Translations under genes and position numbers: made by a program
Assembly: GCA_963840035.1 (NCBI GenBank)
Contig: CAWIXE010000001.1
Location: 332,503 to 396,502, forward strand
DNA: 64,000 nucleotides
From: a candidate division FCPU426 bacterium
GTDB taxonomy: Bacteria > Oederibacteriota > PGYV01 > Palsa-1178
Direction of reading: 5' to 3'
The notes under the pieces: model-generated
The model's input: only the letters and a program-made list of their open reading frames with translations
Told to the model about the DNA's origin: nothing
Database searches by the model: none
Shown here: positions 38,831-47,797 of the stretch, one piece after another
How the letters are laid out: each line of letters starts with the position of its first letter
Position numbering within the stretch: the stretch's first letter is position 1

Positions 38831-39546
38831 TACCTGACTTCCACCGCTGCCGCATTATTCGCCGTATTGCTTTTTACGTCGGCGTCTATAAAGTACTGCT
38901 TTACGACCGTCCATCTTTTCGGCGGCCAGTAAACCAGCCACGCCCTTCCGCGGAAATACTCCCCGGGCAAAAAACCCCAGTGGCGCGAATCAGCCGAATT
39001 ATCCCTGTTGTCGCCCATCATAAAATAGGAACCTGCCGGAACTTTTATCGGCCCGAAATTGTCCCTGTATGAATCACCGTATGTTTTTTTATCGCTGTGC
39101 CACACATAAGGCTCTGATATTATTTTATTATTTATGAATAGCTGTTTGTTCTTTACCTGTATGATGTCCCCCGGCAGGCCGACGCAGCGCTTTATGAACA
39201 TTATATTAATATCCTGGGGATAGCGGAATATAGCGATTTCCCCCCTTTTTGGCATGGGAAACTTTACTGCTTTTTGCGCCTTTTCCGGAAGCAGCGAGCC
39301 GTATGCCCATTTATTAACGAGCAGCTGGTCCCCTTTAAGGAACGTATGCTCCATGGATTCCGAAGGTATCCTGAAGGCCTGTATGAAAAATATCCTTAAA
39401 ACCGCCGCCACGGCCATGGCAAAAAACGCCGGCTCCACCCAGTCCCGCAGTTCTGAATCCTTTACGCGTAATATGAATACGATAAGTATCTCAGCGAGGA
39501 AAAGCGTGCCGAACAGGGACCAGAAAATTATTTCCGTTACTTCCAT
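38830..39546 (-). CDS. lepB: Signal peptidase I
   Basis: SPase I boxes GDNRDNSADSRHWGF and the Ser/Lys regions. I place the start at MEVTEIIF (39546). The ORF-track N-terminal extension reads through the family D repeat. Confidence 0.8.
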   Translation of the reverse strand: MEVTEIIFWSLFGTLFLAEILIVFILRVKDSELRDWVEPAFFAMAVAAVLRIFFIQAFRIPSESMEHTFLKGDQLLVNKWAYGSLLPEKAQKAVKFPMPKRGEIAIFRYPQDINIMFIKRCVGLPGDIIQVKNKQLFINNKIISEPYVWHSDKKTYGDSYRDNFGPIKVPAGSYFMMGDNRDNSADSRHWGFLPGEYFRGRAWLVYWPPKRWTVVKQYFIDADVKSNTANNAAAVEVR

Positions 39547-39568
39547 GGCATCTCCACTTGTTTTTTTT

Positions 39569-39676
39569 GTCATTGCGAGGAACAGCATTTGTTCCATGGT
39601 GACGAAGCAATCTCTGTATTTTACCGATATAACAGGGATTGCTTCGTCGGCATACTTCAAAAACGCCTTCTCGCAA
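39569..39676. repeat. Family D 112-bp double-stem palindromic element
   Basis: GTCATTGCGAGGAACAGCATTTGTTCCATGGTGACGAAGCAATCTCTG...GGGATTGCTTCGTCGGC...CTCGCAATAAC. Confidence 0.6.
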
Positions 39677-39919
39677 TAACACCCGCATAAATACAAAACC
39701 TTGTGTCATTTTAAGTAATTTTACCTGCCCCGTCAATGCATATCTCCTCAAGTAAACGCTGTTATTAAGGAATTATTAGACTCAAACCCGACTTTTACCG
39801 TAATGCGGTCGTTATTACCGGTATTTTTATATTATAACCCAATAAAATAGGCAGTTTTTTTATTGACATCCGCTATTAAATGGGTTATAACTAAGCATAA
39901 CCAAAAAAACATAACGTAA

Positions 39920-40564
39920 TTGATTTCTTTTTTAAGGAGACTTTTTTTGCCAAAAGCAGGAAAAAGGGAAATTCGCTCCATTTTAAAGGATCTGAGCCAG
40001 AAAATCCTGGCTCCTGTTGTTGTTCTTTTAAAAAAAACAGGAATAACCCCTGACATCCTTACCTGGACAGGGTTCCTGCTGAACTTACCCGCGGTTTACT
40101 TCATTATTAAGGGTAATTTCGCAATAGCCGCTCTCATAGTTCTTTTTGCCGCCATTTTTGACATGTTAGACGGCGCTTTAGCCCGCATGGGAAACATGAA
40201 GACCAAATTCGGCGGGTTTCTTGATTCTACGGTGGACAGGTTTATAGAGGGAATTTTGTACTTCGGACTTCTTGTATACTATATTGAAACCGGAAATAAA
40301 TACGGCATCATGTTAAGTTACGCGGTGTTGTTCTTTTCCTTTCTTGTCAGCTATTTGCGGGCAAGGGCCGGAGGGCTTAAGATTGACTGTGAAGTCGGGA
40401 TCTTTACGCGGCCTGAAAGGCTTGTTGTTCTTATATTAGGGCTTCTTTTTAACCTGGTTTTTTATGTGCTGGTTATACTGGTTGTGGCGTCGTTTATCAC
40501 CGCGGTACAGCGCATGATGCTTGTTTATGCTGAGGCCAAAAAGTTGGATAAAAAAAGGAAATAA
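39920..40564 (+). CDS. CDP-alcohol phosphatidyltransferase, candidate phosphatidylinositol-phosphate synthase
   Basis: Motif DMLDGALARMGNMKTKFGGFLDSTVDR (D-x2-DG-x2-AR-x8-G-x3-D-x3-D). Six TM helices. It lies immediately upstream of the myo-inositol-1-phosphate synthase gene. Confidence 0.7.
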   Translation: MISFLRRLFLPKAGKREIRSILKDLSQKILAPVVVLLKKTGITPDILTWTGFLLNLPAVYFIIKGNFAIAALIVLFAAIFDMLDGALARMGNMKTKFGGFLDSTVDRFIEGILYFGLLVYYIETGNKYGIMLSYAVLFFSFLVSYLRARAGGLKIDCEVGIFTRPERLVVLILGLLFNLVFYVLVILVVASFITAVQRMMLVYAEAKKLDKKRK

Positions 40565-40579
40565 TTTCAAGGAGGGTTT

Positions 40580-41665
40580 TTGAAGATGGAAAAGAAGAAA
40601 ATCAGACTCGCGATTGTCGGACTCGGAAACTGCGCCTGGTCTCTTATGCAGGGGCTGGAGTACTATAAAAACGTAAAAGATGACGCGCAGATACAGGGAT
40701 TAATGCACGCCAACCTCGGCGGTTACAGGATTAAGGACATAGAACTTGTGGCCGCGTTTGATGTTGATTCCAATAAGGTCGGTAAGGACGCCAAAGAAGC
40801 CCTTGAATCACCTCCGAACAATACCATTGAATTCGCGAAATTAAAAAAGACCGGGGTTAAGGTCATGATGGGAAAGACCCTGGACGGCCTCGGCAAATAT
40901 TACAGGACCGTCGTAAAAGAAGCCACGGCAAAACCCGTTGACATAGCAAAAACATTAAAAAAAGTTAAGGCTGATGTCCTCGTATCATACCTCCCTGTCG
41001 GCTCGGAAAAAGCCGTTAAATTTTACGCTACCGAATGCCTGAAGGCAAAGGTCGCTTTTGTAAACGCCATCCCGGTTTTTGTCGCCTCAAACCCGGAATG
41101 GGCTGAGAAATTCAAAAAAGCCGGCGTGCCTATTATCGGCGACGACATCAAGTCGCAGGTCGGCGCCACCATAGTACACAGGGTATTAACGCAGCTGTTC
41201 GGAGACAGAGGCTGCAAGATTTACAGGACATACCAGATAAACTTCGGCGGCAATATGGACTTCATGAATATGCTGGAGAGGGAAAGGCTTTACTCCAAGA
41301 AAATATCCAAGACTAACGCCGTGCTAAGCCAGATGCAGAACCCGATAAACGCCGCGGAAGACGTCCACGTCGGCCCGAGCGACTACGTGCCGTGGTTAAA
41401 GGACAGGAAATGGTGCTATATAAAGATAGAAGGCTCCAATTTCGGCGAAGTTCCCATCGACATAGAGCTAAAGCTTGAGGTCTGGGATTCCCCCAACAGC
41501 GCCGGAGTTATCATTGACGCTGTAAGATGCGCGAAGATCGCCCTGGACAGGAAGATCGGCGGCATACTTGAAGGCCCTTCGGCGTATTTCATGAAAACGC
41601 CTCCCAAACAGTACAACGACTCAAAAGCAAAGCAAATGGTCGAGGACTTCATTAAGGAAAGATAA
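40580..41665 (+). CDS. ino1: myo-Inositol-1-phosphate synthase (bacterial/archaeal type)
   Basis: [24 protein letters not shown] (cf. the mycobacterial Ino1 VGVGNCASSLVQG). A 361 aa NAD-binding Rossmann protein. Confidence 0.75.
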   Translation: MKMEKKKIRLAIVGLGNCAWSLMQGLEYYKNVKDDAQIQGLMHANLGGYRIKDIELVAAFDVDSNKVGKDAKEALESPPNNTIEFAKLKKTGVKVMMGKTLDGLGKYYRTVVKEATAKPVDIAKTLKKVKADVLVSYLPVGSEKAVKFYATECLKAKVAFVNAIPVFVASNPEWAEKFKKAGVPIIGDDIKSQVGATIVHRVLTQLFGDRGCKIYRTYQINFGGNMDFMNMLERERLYSKKISKTNAVLSQMQNPINAAEDVHVGPSDYVPWLKDRKWCYIKIEGSNFGEVPIDIELKLEVWDSPNSAGVIIDAVRCAKIALDRKIGGILEGPSAYFMKTPPKQYNDSKAKQMVEDFIKER

Positions 41666-42532
41666 ATGTACATACTGCTCAAACTCACAGAGCTGATAAT
41701 ACAAAATATCCCGCGTAAAGCGGGATATTTTATTTTTACCGTTTTTTCAAAAATGTCATTCATCTTTAACAAAAAACGCAGGGAGACTCTCCGGGAAAAC
41801 TTGAGCGCAGCCATCGGCGCGGATAAAGTAGATGACGCGCTCTTAAAAAAGGTATTTGTCAATTACGGCAAGTATTACTGCGACCTTTTCATGAAAACCA
41901 CCAGCCTGCAGGCCTATATCCCGGCGGAGTGCGGCAATTATTTTCGTGACACCATTGTTCCCGTTGTAAATTCATACCTTACCAAAGGGCGCGGCGTTAT
42001 TTTTGCGTCCATGCATTACGGCAGCTGGGACATAGCCGGCAGTTTTGCCGCCGGGTACTTTAAGGGAAAGCTCAATGTTGTTGTTGAAAAGCTCTCAGGC
42101 GGTATGTTTAAATGGTTCATGGAGAAACGCGGCGTCCTGGGCATGAAGCCGATCGAATCCACCGACATCAAATCCATGATCAGGGTTTTAAAAGCCGGCG
42201 AAATACTCATCTTAATGGCCGACCGCGACCTGGACAAACGCGGCTATAAAATGGATTATTTCGGGAAGAAAGCGTGCATCCCCAGCGGCCCGGCGAAGAT
42301 ATCGTTAATGGCTAAAACCCCGATATTCATAGGCGTGGCACCGAGGGATAAGGACGATAACTTCTGGCCAATGCTTAACATACCGCCGATTAACGCGGAA
42401 TGCGTCGAAAGGTCGGAAGAAGCGGCGGAAAACATAACAAAACAGCTTGTCGCCGCGATGGAGAAGTTCGTAAGAAACGACCCGTCACAGTGGTGTATGC
42501 TGCAGGAGGTCTTTGTAAAGGAAGATAAGTAA
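41666..42532 (+). CDS. LpxL/PatA-family lysophospholipid acyltransferase
   Basis: HX4D motif SMHYGSWD. 288 aa. Confidence 0.65.
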   Translation: MYILLKLTELIIQNIPRKAGYFIFTVFSKMSFIFNKKRRETLRENLSAAIGADKVDDALLKKVFVNYGKYYCDLFMKTTSLQAYIPAECGNYFRDTIVPVVNSYLTKGRGVIFASMHYGSWDIAGSFAAGYFKGKLNVVVEKLSGGMFKWFMEKRGVLGMKPIESTDIKSMIRVLKAGEILILMADRDLDKRGYKMDYFGKKACIPSGPAKISLMAKTPIFIGVAPRDKDDNFWPMLNIPPINAECVERSEEAAENITKQLVAAMEKFVRNDPSQWCMLQEVFVKEDK

Positions 42533-42607
42533 TAGAAAAACGGAGCTGGATTATCACTTCTCCTGTCTCCAATCTCTTGTCTCTTAACCTCTAAGGAGCA
42601 ACAACTT

Positions 42608-43747
42608 TTGACAAAAAGTAAAAGTTTTAAAAAAATAGCCATAGTAACGCCGTACTACTACCCGCTGTTTGGCGGCGTACAGGAGTATGTCTATCACTTA
42701 AAGAAAGAATATAAAAAACTCGGCTACTATGTCCGCGTTATAACCGGCACTTTTAAGAGGGAGCACAGCAAGGACGAGAACGAGGTCCTTCGCATGGGGC
42801 TCGGCGTGCCGATAAAGTTTAACGGCTCGGTAGGCAGGATCATCATGATACGCCGCGGTGAAAAGGTCAGGCAGACCCTTGATTATTATAACTTTGACAT
42901 CATCCACCTCCAGGAACCCTTTGTTCCCTTCCTTTCGCACGACGTTATTAAGTATTCAAAAGCCGTCAATGTCGCCACCTTCCACGCCAATTTTGAGACA
43001 AACTTCTTTTACAGCTTTGGCAGGGTTTTCCTCCTGCCTTTGTGGGACAGGCTTGCCGGCAGGATAGCTGTATCGCCTTCGGCTAAATCAAGCATTACCA
43101 AATATTTCAGCGGCAAAGATGTTGAAATAATACCCAACGGCGTTGACACTTCCCGCTTCACGCCTAAAAACAAAAAGATAAAGAGATTTGATGACGGTAT
43201 GACAAATATTCTTTTTACAGGCAGGGTGGAAAAACGCAAAGGCCTGATATATCTGCTCCAGGCTTTCGGCGGGTTAAAGAAAAAACACCCGAAGATACGC
43301 CTTATAGTCGTAGGCAGGGGCCCTCTTTTAAAGCATCACAAAAAATATGTAGAAGACAATAAAATCAAAGACGTCCACTTCGAGGGTTTTGTTCCCATAG
43401 ACGACCTTCCGCGTTATTATTCCACGGCCGACATCTACTGCTCCCCGGCTTTATTCGGGGAATCATTCGGCATAGTCCTGCTTGAGGCCATGGCCTCGGC
43501 GGTTCCTGTTGTGGCTTTCAACATAAGCGGGTATAATGACGTGGTCTCGAACTTAAGCGACGGCCTGCTCGCCGAGCCGCGAAACATACACGACCTGGCA
43601 GAAAAGCTGGAACTGCTTATAACCGATAAGAAACTGCGGCGCACTCTCGGGTCAAACGGCCTGAAAAAAGCGCGCAAATTCACATGGAAAGAGATAGCAG
43701 CGCGCAACATTGCGTATTATAAAAAACTCTGGGAGAACAAAAAATAA
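42608..43747 (+). CDS. GT4 glycosyltransferase, PimA-like candidate phosphatidylinositol mannosyltransferase
   Basis: E-x7-E motif FGESFGIVLLEAMASAVPVVAFNISGYNDVV. GT-B fold. Confidence 0.7.
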   Translation: MTKSKSFKKIAIVTPYYYPLFGGVQEYVYHLKKEYKKLGYYVRVITGTFKREHSKDENEVLRMGLGVPIKFNGSVGRIIMIRRGEKVRQTLDYYNFDIIHLQEPFVPFLSHDVIKYSKAVNVATFHANFETNFFYSFGRVFLLPLWDRLAGRIAVSPSAKSSITKYFSGKDVEIIPNGVDTSRFTPKNKKIKRFDDGMTNILFTGRVEKRKGLIYLLQAFGGLKKKHPKIRLIVVGRGPLLKHHKKYVEDNKIKDVHFEGFVPIDDLPRYYSTADIYCSPALFGESFGIVLLEAMASAVPVVAFNISGYNDVVSNLSDGLLAEPRNIHDLAEKLELLITDKKLRRTLGSNGLKKARKFTWKEIAARNIAYYKKLWENKK

Positions 43748-44616
43748 TGTATTACATCCTCCGCTTTGCCACCTGGTTCATCTGCCTTTTCCCCATTAAG
43801 CCGCTTTACGCATTCGCCGGCTGGGCCACTAAAATAGTTTTTAAGTTCTGGAAGGAAAAACGGGAAAACATCCATAGAAATTACTCCGTGATTCTGTCAA
43901 AAAAGTACGGAAGGCCGGCCACTGGAGAAGAGATTAATGCCGTAATGGAGGATAACTACATCAACTACGGCAAGTTCAATGTAGAGTTCCTCTATATGAA
44001 CAAGCTGATAAAAATGTCAAACCTTCCGCCCGCAAGGAATATTGAGCGCATTGACGAAGGCTTAAAACCCGGCAAAGGCCTCATGATATGTACCCTTCAC
44101 TTTTCCAACTGGGACGTGGCAGGCGCCATCATATCCGGCCATTATAAAGATAAATGCGAAGTCTGGGCCATAGCCGACGACTTAGGCGGCGGTTATTCAA
44201 AGTTCATCCAGGATTCCAGAAACCGCTACGGCATCAAGATAGTTCTGGGTAACAAGAACATAAAAGACGCCTACGGCTGCTTAAACAGGGGCGGCATATT
44301 GAACGTGCTCTTAGACAGGCCATTGCCCCGCACAGACAAAAGCGGCGTTGAAGTGGAATTCTTCGGCAAAAAGATATGGGTAGCCTCCACAGCCGCCCGC
44401 ATAGCCCTTAAAACAGGCTGCAGGATGTTAGTAGGCTACGCAGTAAGGGAAGGCATGTCCTTCTACGGCCAGCCCGGCCCGCTGCTGGAATACACCCTCA
44501 CAGGCGACAAAGACAAGGACGTCCAGATAATCACCCAGTCAGCCATGAGAGACGCGGAAAAACTCATCATGGACCACCCGGAACAGTGGTATATGTTCAG
44601 GAATATGTGGACTTAA
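43747..44616 (+). CDS. Second LpxL/PatA-family acyltransferase
   Basis: HX4D motif CTLHFSNWD. 289 aa. Its start overlaps the stop of the GT4 gene. Confidence 0.65.
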   Translation: MYYILRFATWFICLFPIKPLYAFAGWATKIVFKFWKEKRENIHRNYSVILSKKYGRPATGEEINAVMEDNYINYGKFNVEFLYMNKLIKMSNLPPARNIERIDEGLKPGKGLMICTLHFSNWDVAGAIISGHYKDKCEVWAIADDLGGGYSKFIQDSRNRYGIKIVLGNKNIKDAYGCLNRGGILNVLLDRPLPRTDKSGVEVEFFGKKIWVASTAARIALKTGCRMLVGYAVREGMSFYGQPGPLLEYTLTGDKDKDVQIITQSAMRDAEKLIMDHPEQWYMFRNMWT

Positions 44617-44753
44617 AACAAATTTTCAATTCTAAATTTTCAATTTTCAATTAAATTCTTGCGTTTTAATAATCGCACTGTATAATGTCTTTTGTTATTA
44701 TTTGTTATTAATTGAAAATTTAAAATATAAAATTGAAAATCGGAAGGTTGACA

Positions 44754-45482
44754 ATGCCAAAAAAAGTATTTAAAAACAACAAACTACCAAAAGGTTTTTC
44801 AAAGGCCGACTACCACATCCACACCTCCATAGGCGACGCGGTAATGACGCCTCAGGAGCTGGTTGACTTCTGCGAGCATAAGACCGACTTAAAAGTAATC
44901 GCCGTCACAGACCACGACCAGATAAAAGGGGCCATAGAGGCTCAGCAGTACGCCAAAAAGAAAAAGTACAAGCTGGAAGTCATAGTGGGTGAGGAAGTCT
45001 CCACACTTAAAGGCCACCTCATAGGCCTCTTCATGAAACAGCGCATCAGAAGGTACACGACGCTCCCCAAAACCATAAAGATGATACACGAACAGGGCGG
45101 CATAGTCATAGTCCCCCACCCATTGTCATGGTTGACCACCAGCGTGGGTGAGATGGCCTTCAGGCAGATAATAAAGTCAAAGGATCCCAACATATATTTC
45201 GACGCTGTAGAATTAATAAATCCGGCGATAGCCGGGAAGATAACGGACGGAAAGGCTCAGAAACTTAACGATAAAGTTTGGAAACTCCCCGTCACAGGCG
45301 GCTCAGACGCCCACTCCATAGACGGCATAGGCTCAGCATACACAATCTTCAAAGGCAAAACCGCCGAAGACTTCCGCAAAGCGATCTTAAACGGCACAAC
45401 CACATACGGCGGTTGTTACTGGAACTTCAGGGAGCATTGGGATTTGTTTGTGGAAAAATTTAAAAAGTTTAAAGTTTTTTAA
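44754..45482 (+). CDS. PHP-domain metal-dependent phosphoesterase
   Basis: YHIHTSIGDAVMTPQELVDFCEHKTDLKVIAVTDHD...GGSDAHSIDGIG. The ATG at 44754 has a GGAAGG ribosome-binding site. The ORF-track start at 44733 is an alternative TTG. Confidence 0.65.
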   Translation: MPKKVFKNNKLPKGFSKADYHIHTSIGDAVMTPQELVDFCEHKTDLKVIAVTDHDQIKGAIEAQQYAKKKKYKLEVIVGEEVSTLKGHLIGLFMKQRIRRYTTLPKTIKMIHEQGGIVIVPHPLSWLTTSVGEMAFRQIIKSKDPNIYFDAVELINPAIAGKITDGKAQKLNDKVWKLPVTGGSDAHSIDGIGSAYTIFKGKTAEDFRKAILNGTTTYGGCYWNFREHWDLFVEKFKKFKVF

Positions 45483-45644
45483 TTTAATATTTCTATTAAA
45501 CCTTTAATATAAAACATTCCTGCGTTTCAAAACATAACATTTCTGTTCTATTTTTTAACATTTTCCGTTCTATTTTTAAACACTTTTATCCACATTTCCC
45601 CATTATAAATCACAAATAGTAAATTTTAAATGGGTTTTTCACTC

Positions 45645-45660
45645 TGGCACACCCCTTGCT
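45645..45660 (+). promoter_or_regulatory. Sigma-54 (RpoN) -24/-12 promoter upstream of hsp20
   Basis: TGGCACaccccTTGCT matches TGGCAC-N5-TTGCW exactly (GG-N10-GC spacing), about 60 nt upstream of the hsp20 ATG. Confidence 0.55.
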
Positions 45661-45718
45661 TTTTAATAATTTGAAACCGCTAACAATGGCGGGAATAAAA
45701 AACAAGGAGGCGAGTTGT

Positions 45719-46153
45719 ATGAGACATCTTGAAAGGCACGACTTACCGGTTTTAAGAAGTAACACCTTTTTTCCCAGCTTTTTCGACGACTTTTTAGGGA
45801 AAGAGGACTTCATGGGGCTTTCGAAGTTTACGCCGGCGGTTGATGTCGCGGAGGAAAAGGACAGGTATGTTGTGAAGGCGGATTTCCCGGGCATGAAACA
45901 GGAAGACATCAGGGTTGAGGTGGACGCTAACACGCTGACTATCTCGGGGGAAAGAAAGCACGAGAAAGAGGAAAAAGACGACAAAAAACACTACCACTAC
46001 TATGAGCGCAGCTACGGCTCTTTCGAACGCACCTTCACCCTCCCGCACGACGCTGACGGCGACAAGATCAAAGCCAAAGTGGAACACGGGGTCCTCACGG
46101 TTGACATACCGAAATCAGAGACGAAAAAGGCTAAGGAAATAAAGGTGGAGTAA
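45719..46153 (+). CDS. Small heat-shock protein, Hsp20/alpha-crystallin family
   Basis: Alpha-crystallin domain: VDVAEEKDRYVVKADFPGMKQEDIRVEVDANTLTISGERK...AKVEHGVLTVDIPK. AAGGAGG ribosome-binding site at 45704-45710. Confidence 0.85.
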   Translation: MRHLERHDLPVLRSNTFFPSFFDDFLGKEDFMGLSKFTPAVDVAEEKDRYVVKADFPGMKQEDIRVEVDANTLTISGERKHEKEEKDDKKHYHYYERSYGSFERTFTLPHDADGDKIKAKVEHGVLTVDIPKSETKKAKEIKVE

Positions 46154-46173
46154 CGCAAGGACAAATGAAACCT

Positions 46174-46208
46174 GAGGGCGCATAATATGCGCCCTCTACG
46201 GTTTTATG
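46174..46208 (+). terminator. Rho-independent terminator after hsp20
   Basis: GAGGGCGCATAATATGCGCCCTC (9 bp stem) followed by TACGGTTTTATG. Confidence 0.5.
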
Positions 46209-46249
46209 AATTGTCTTCCTCCTAAACCCCTAATCCTTACCCTTATGTT

Positions 46250-47333
46250 CCTGCCTTGAGACGCAGACAAGCTGCGTCTCTACAATGGTTGTAAATATTT
46301 CAGCTGTGAAAACCCGTAGAGACGGGACCCGTGCCCGTCTCCGCGCTGCTGCGTTGCTGCCCTGAGACGCAGACAAGCTGCGTCTCTACAGTGTGCGTAA
46401 ATATTTCAGTTCTTAAAACCCGTAGAGACGGGACCCGTGCCCGTCTCCGCGCTGCTGCGTTGCTGCCCTGAGACGCAGACAAGCTGCGTCTCTACAGTGG
46501 TTATAAATATTTCAGCTGTAAAAACCGTAGAGACGGGCCTTGTGCCCGTCTCCACGCTGCTGCGTTGTTGCACTGAGACGCAGACAAGCTGCGTCTCTAC
46601 AGTGGGTGTAAATATTTACAGCTGTTAAACCCGCAGAGACGGGACCCGTGCCCGTCTCCGCGCTGCTGCGTTGCTGCCCTGAGACGCAGACAAGCTGCGT
46701 CTCTACAATGGGTGTAAATATTTACAGCTGTTAAACCCGTAGAGACGGGACTCGTGCCCGTCTCCGCGCTGCTGCGTTGCTGCCCTGAGACGCAGACAAG
46801 CTGCGTCTCTACAATGGTTGTAAATATTTCAGCTGTTAAAACCGTAGAGACGGGACCCGTGCCCGTCTCCGCGCTGCTGCGTTGCTGCCCTGAGACGCAG
46901 ACAAGCTGCGTCTCTACAATGGTTGTAAATATTTCAGCTGTGAAAACCCGTAGAGACGGGACCCGTGCCCGTCTCCGCGCTGCTGCGTTGCTGCCCTGAG
47001 ACGCAGACAAGCTGCGTCTCTACAATGGTTGTAAATATTTCAGCTGTGAAAACCCGTAGAGACGGGACCCGTGCCCGTCTCCGCGCTGCTGCGTTGCTGC
47101 CCTGAGACGCAGACAAGCTGCGTCTCTACAATGGTTGTAAATATTTCAGCTGTTAAAACCGTAGAGACGGGCCTTGTGCCCGTCTCCGCGCTGCTGCGTT
47201 GCTGCCCTGAGACGCAGACAAGCTGCGTCTCTACAATGGTTGTAAATATTTCAGCTGTTAAAACCGTAGAGACGGGCCTCGTGCCCGTCTAAACCCCGGA
47301 TCGATCCAGACCCCCACGAGGGGCGTCTCTACG
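46250..47333. repeat. Tandem array of about 10.5 BIME-like units (period about 105-108 bp), each holding two inverted GTAG-headed REP hairpins
   Basis: Unit GTAGAGACGGGACCCGTGCCCGTCTCCGCGCTGCTGCGTTGCTGCCCTGAGACGCAGACAAGCTGCGTCTCTACAATGGTTGTAAATATTTCAGCTGTGAAAACCC. The spacers are not unique, so it is not CRISPR. Confidence 0.75.
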
Positions 47334-47339
47334 AATCTC

Positions 47340-47368
47340 TTGCATTTTCCTGTCACCTGCAATATAAT
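47340..47368 (+). promoter_or_regulatory. Candidate sigma-70 promoter for the DUF1844 gene
   Basis: TTGCAT, then a 17 nt spacer, then TATAAT. A GGGGAG ribosome-binding site lies 6 nt before the ATG at 47399. Confidence 0.4.
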
Positions 47369-47398
47369 ACATTCATATTAAACAAACGGGGAGATTAT

Positions 47399-47791
47399 AT
47401 GATAGACAACAAACAGGAAGACAACATAGACCTGATTAACCTTGTGCTCATGCTCAATCAGAACGCCTTAATATCTTTGGGTGAGGCTTCGCGGTTTGCC
47501 GGCGGGAAAAAGTCAGAGAACCTTCCCCACGCGCGGCAGGCCATCAACATGCTTAAATCCATACAGGAAAAGACCAAAAACAACCTCACTCCCGGCGAGA
47601 CAAAGCTTATTTTCAGGCTGCTGGGCGATTTGCAGGCCAAGTATGTGAAAGCCGCCGGGCTCGACAGGCCGGGGGAAGTCAAGTCCTCAAACCCCAAACG
47701 GGATAAGCTCGAAGCGGCACTGGATAAGTTCAAGACCGATGACCTTGCAAAGATACTCGCTGACCTCGCCAAAAAATCAGCAGATAAATAA
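47399..47791 (+). CDS. DUF1844-family protein
   Basis: DLINLVLMLNQNALISLGE...NLPHARQAINMLKSIQEKTKNNLTPGETKLIFRLLGDLQAKYVKA fits the DUF1844 pattern. Confidence 0.6.
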   Translation: MIDNKQEDNIDLINLVLMLNQNALISLGEASRFAGGKKSENLPHARQAINMLKSIQEKTKNNLTPGETKLIFRLLGDLQAKYVKAAGLDRPGEVKSSNPKRDKLEAALDKFKTDDLAKILADLAKKSADK

Positions 47792-47797
47792 TACCTG

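Noticed and set aside
39547-39696. N-terminal 50-aa extension of lepB, a roughly 47-aa extension of the methyltransferase (22928-23068), a 15-aa extension of hemW (38092-38136) and 20 aa on sixA
   Set aside because: These extensions read through repeat elements or lack a ribosome-binding site. Internal ATGs with good ribosome-binding sites and canonical N-termini are present.
46300-47292. Several 60-137 aa ORFs on both strands (MSASQGSNAAARRRARVPSLRV..., MPVSALLRCCPETQTSCVSTMVVNISAVKTVETG...)
   Set aside because: They are translations of the tandem repeat itself, repeated in register. Such ORFs are repeat artefacts, not genes.
46250-47333. Possible CRISPR array (regular approximately 106-bp periodicity with hairpins)
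   Set aside because: The whole unit, including the would-be spacer, is repeated almost identically. There are no unique spacers. The unit length is far above CRISPR repeat-plus-spacer norms. No cas genes are nearby. It is interpreted as a BIME/REP array.
46250-47333. Dense recurrence of GAGACG/CGTCTC (type IIS BsmBI/Esp3I sites) in the REP families
   Set aside because: This is a consequence of the REP stem sequence (GAGAC...GTCTC). Nothing suggests engineered or restriction-modification-related origin.
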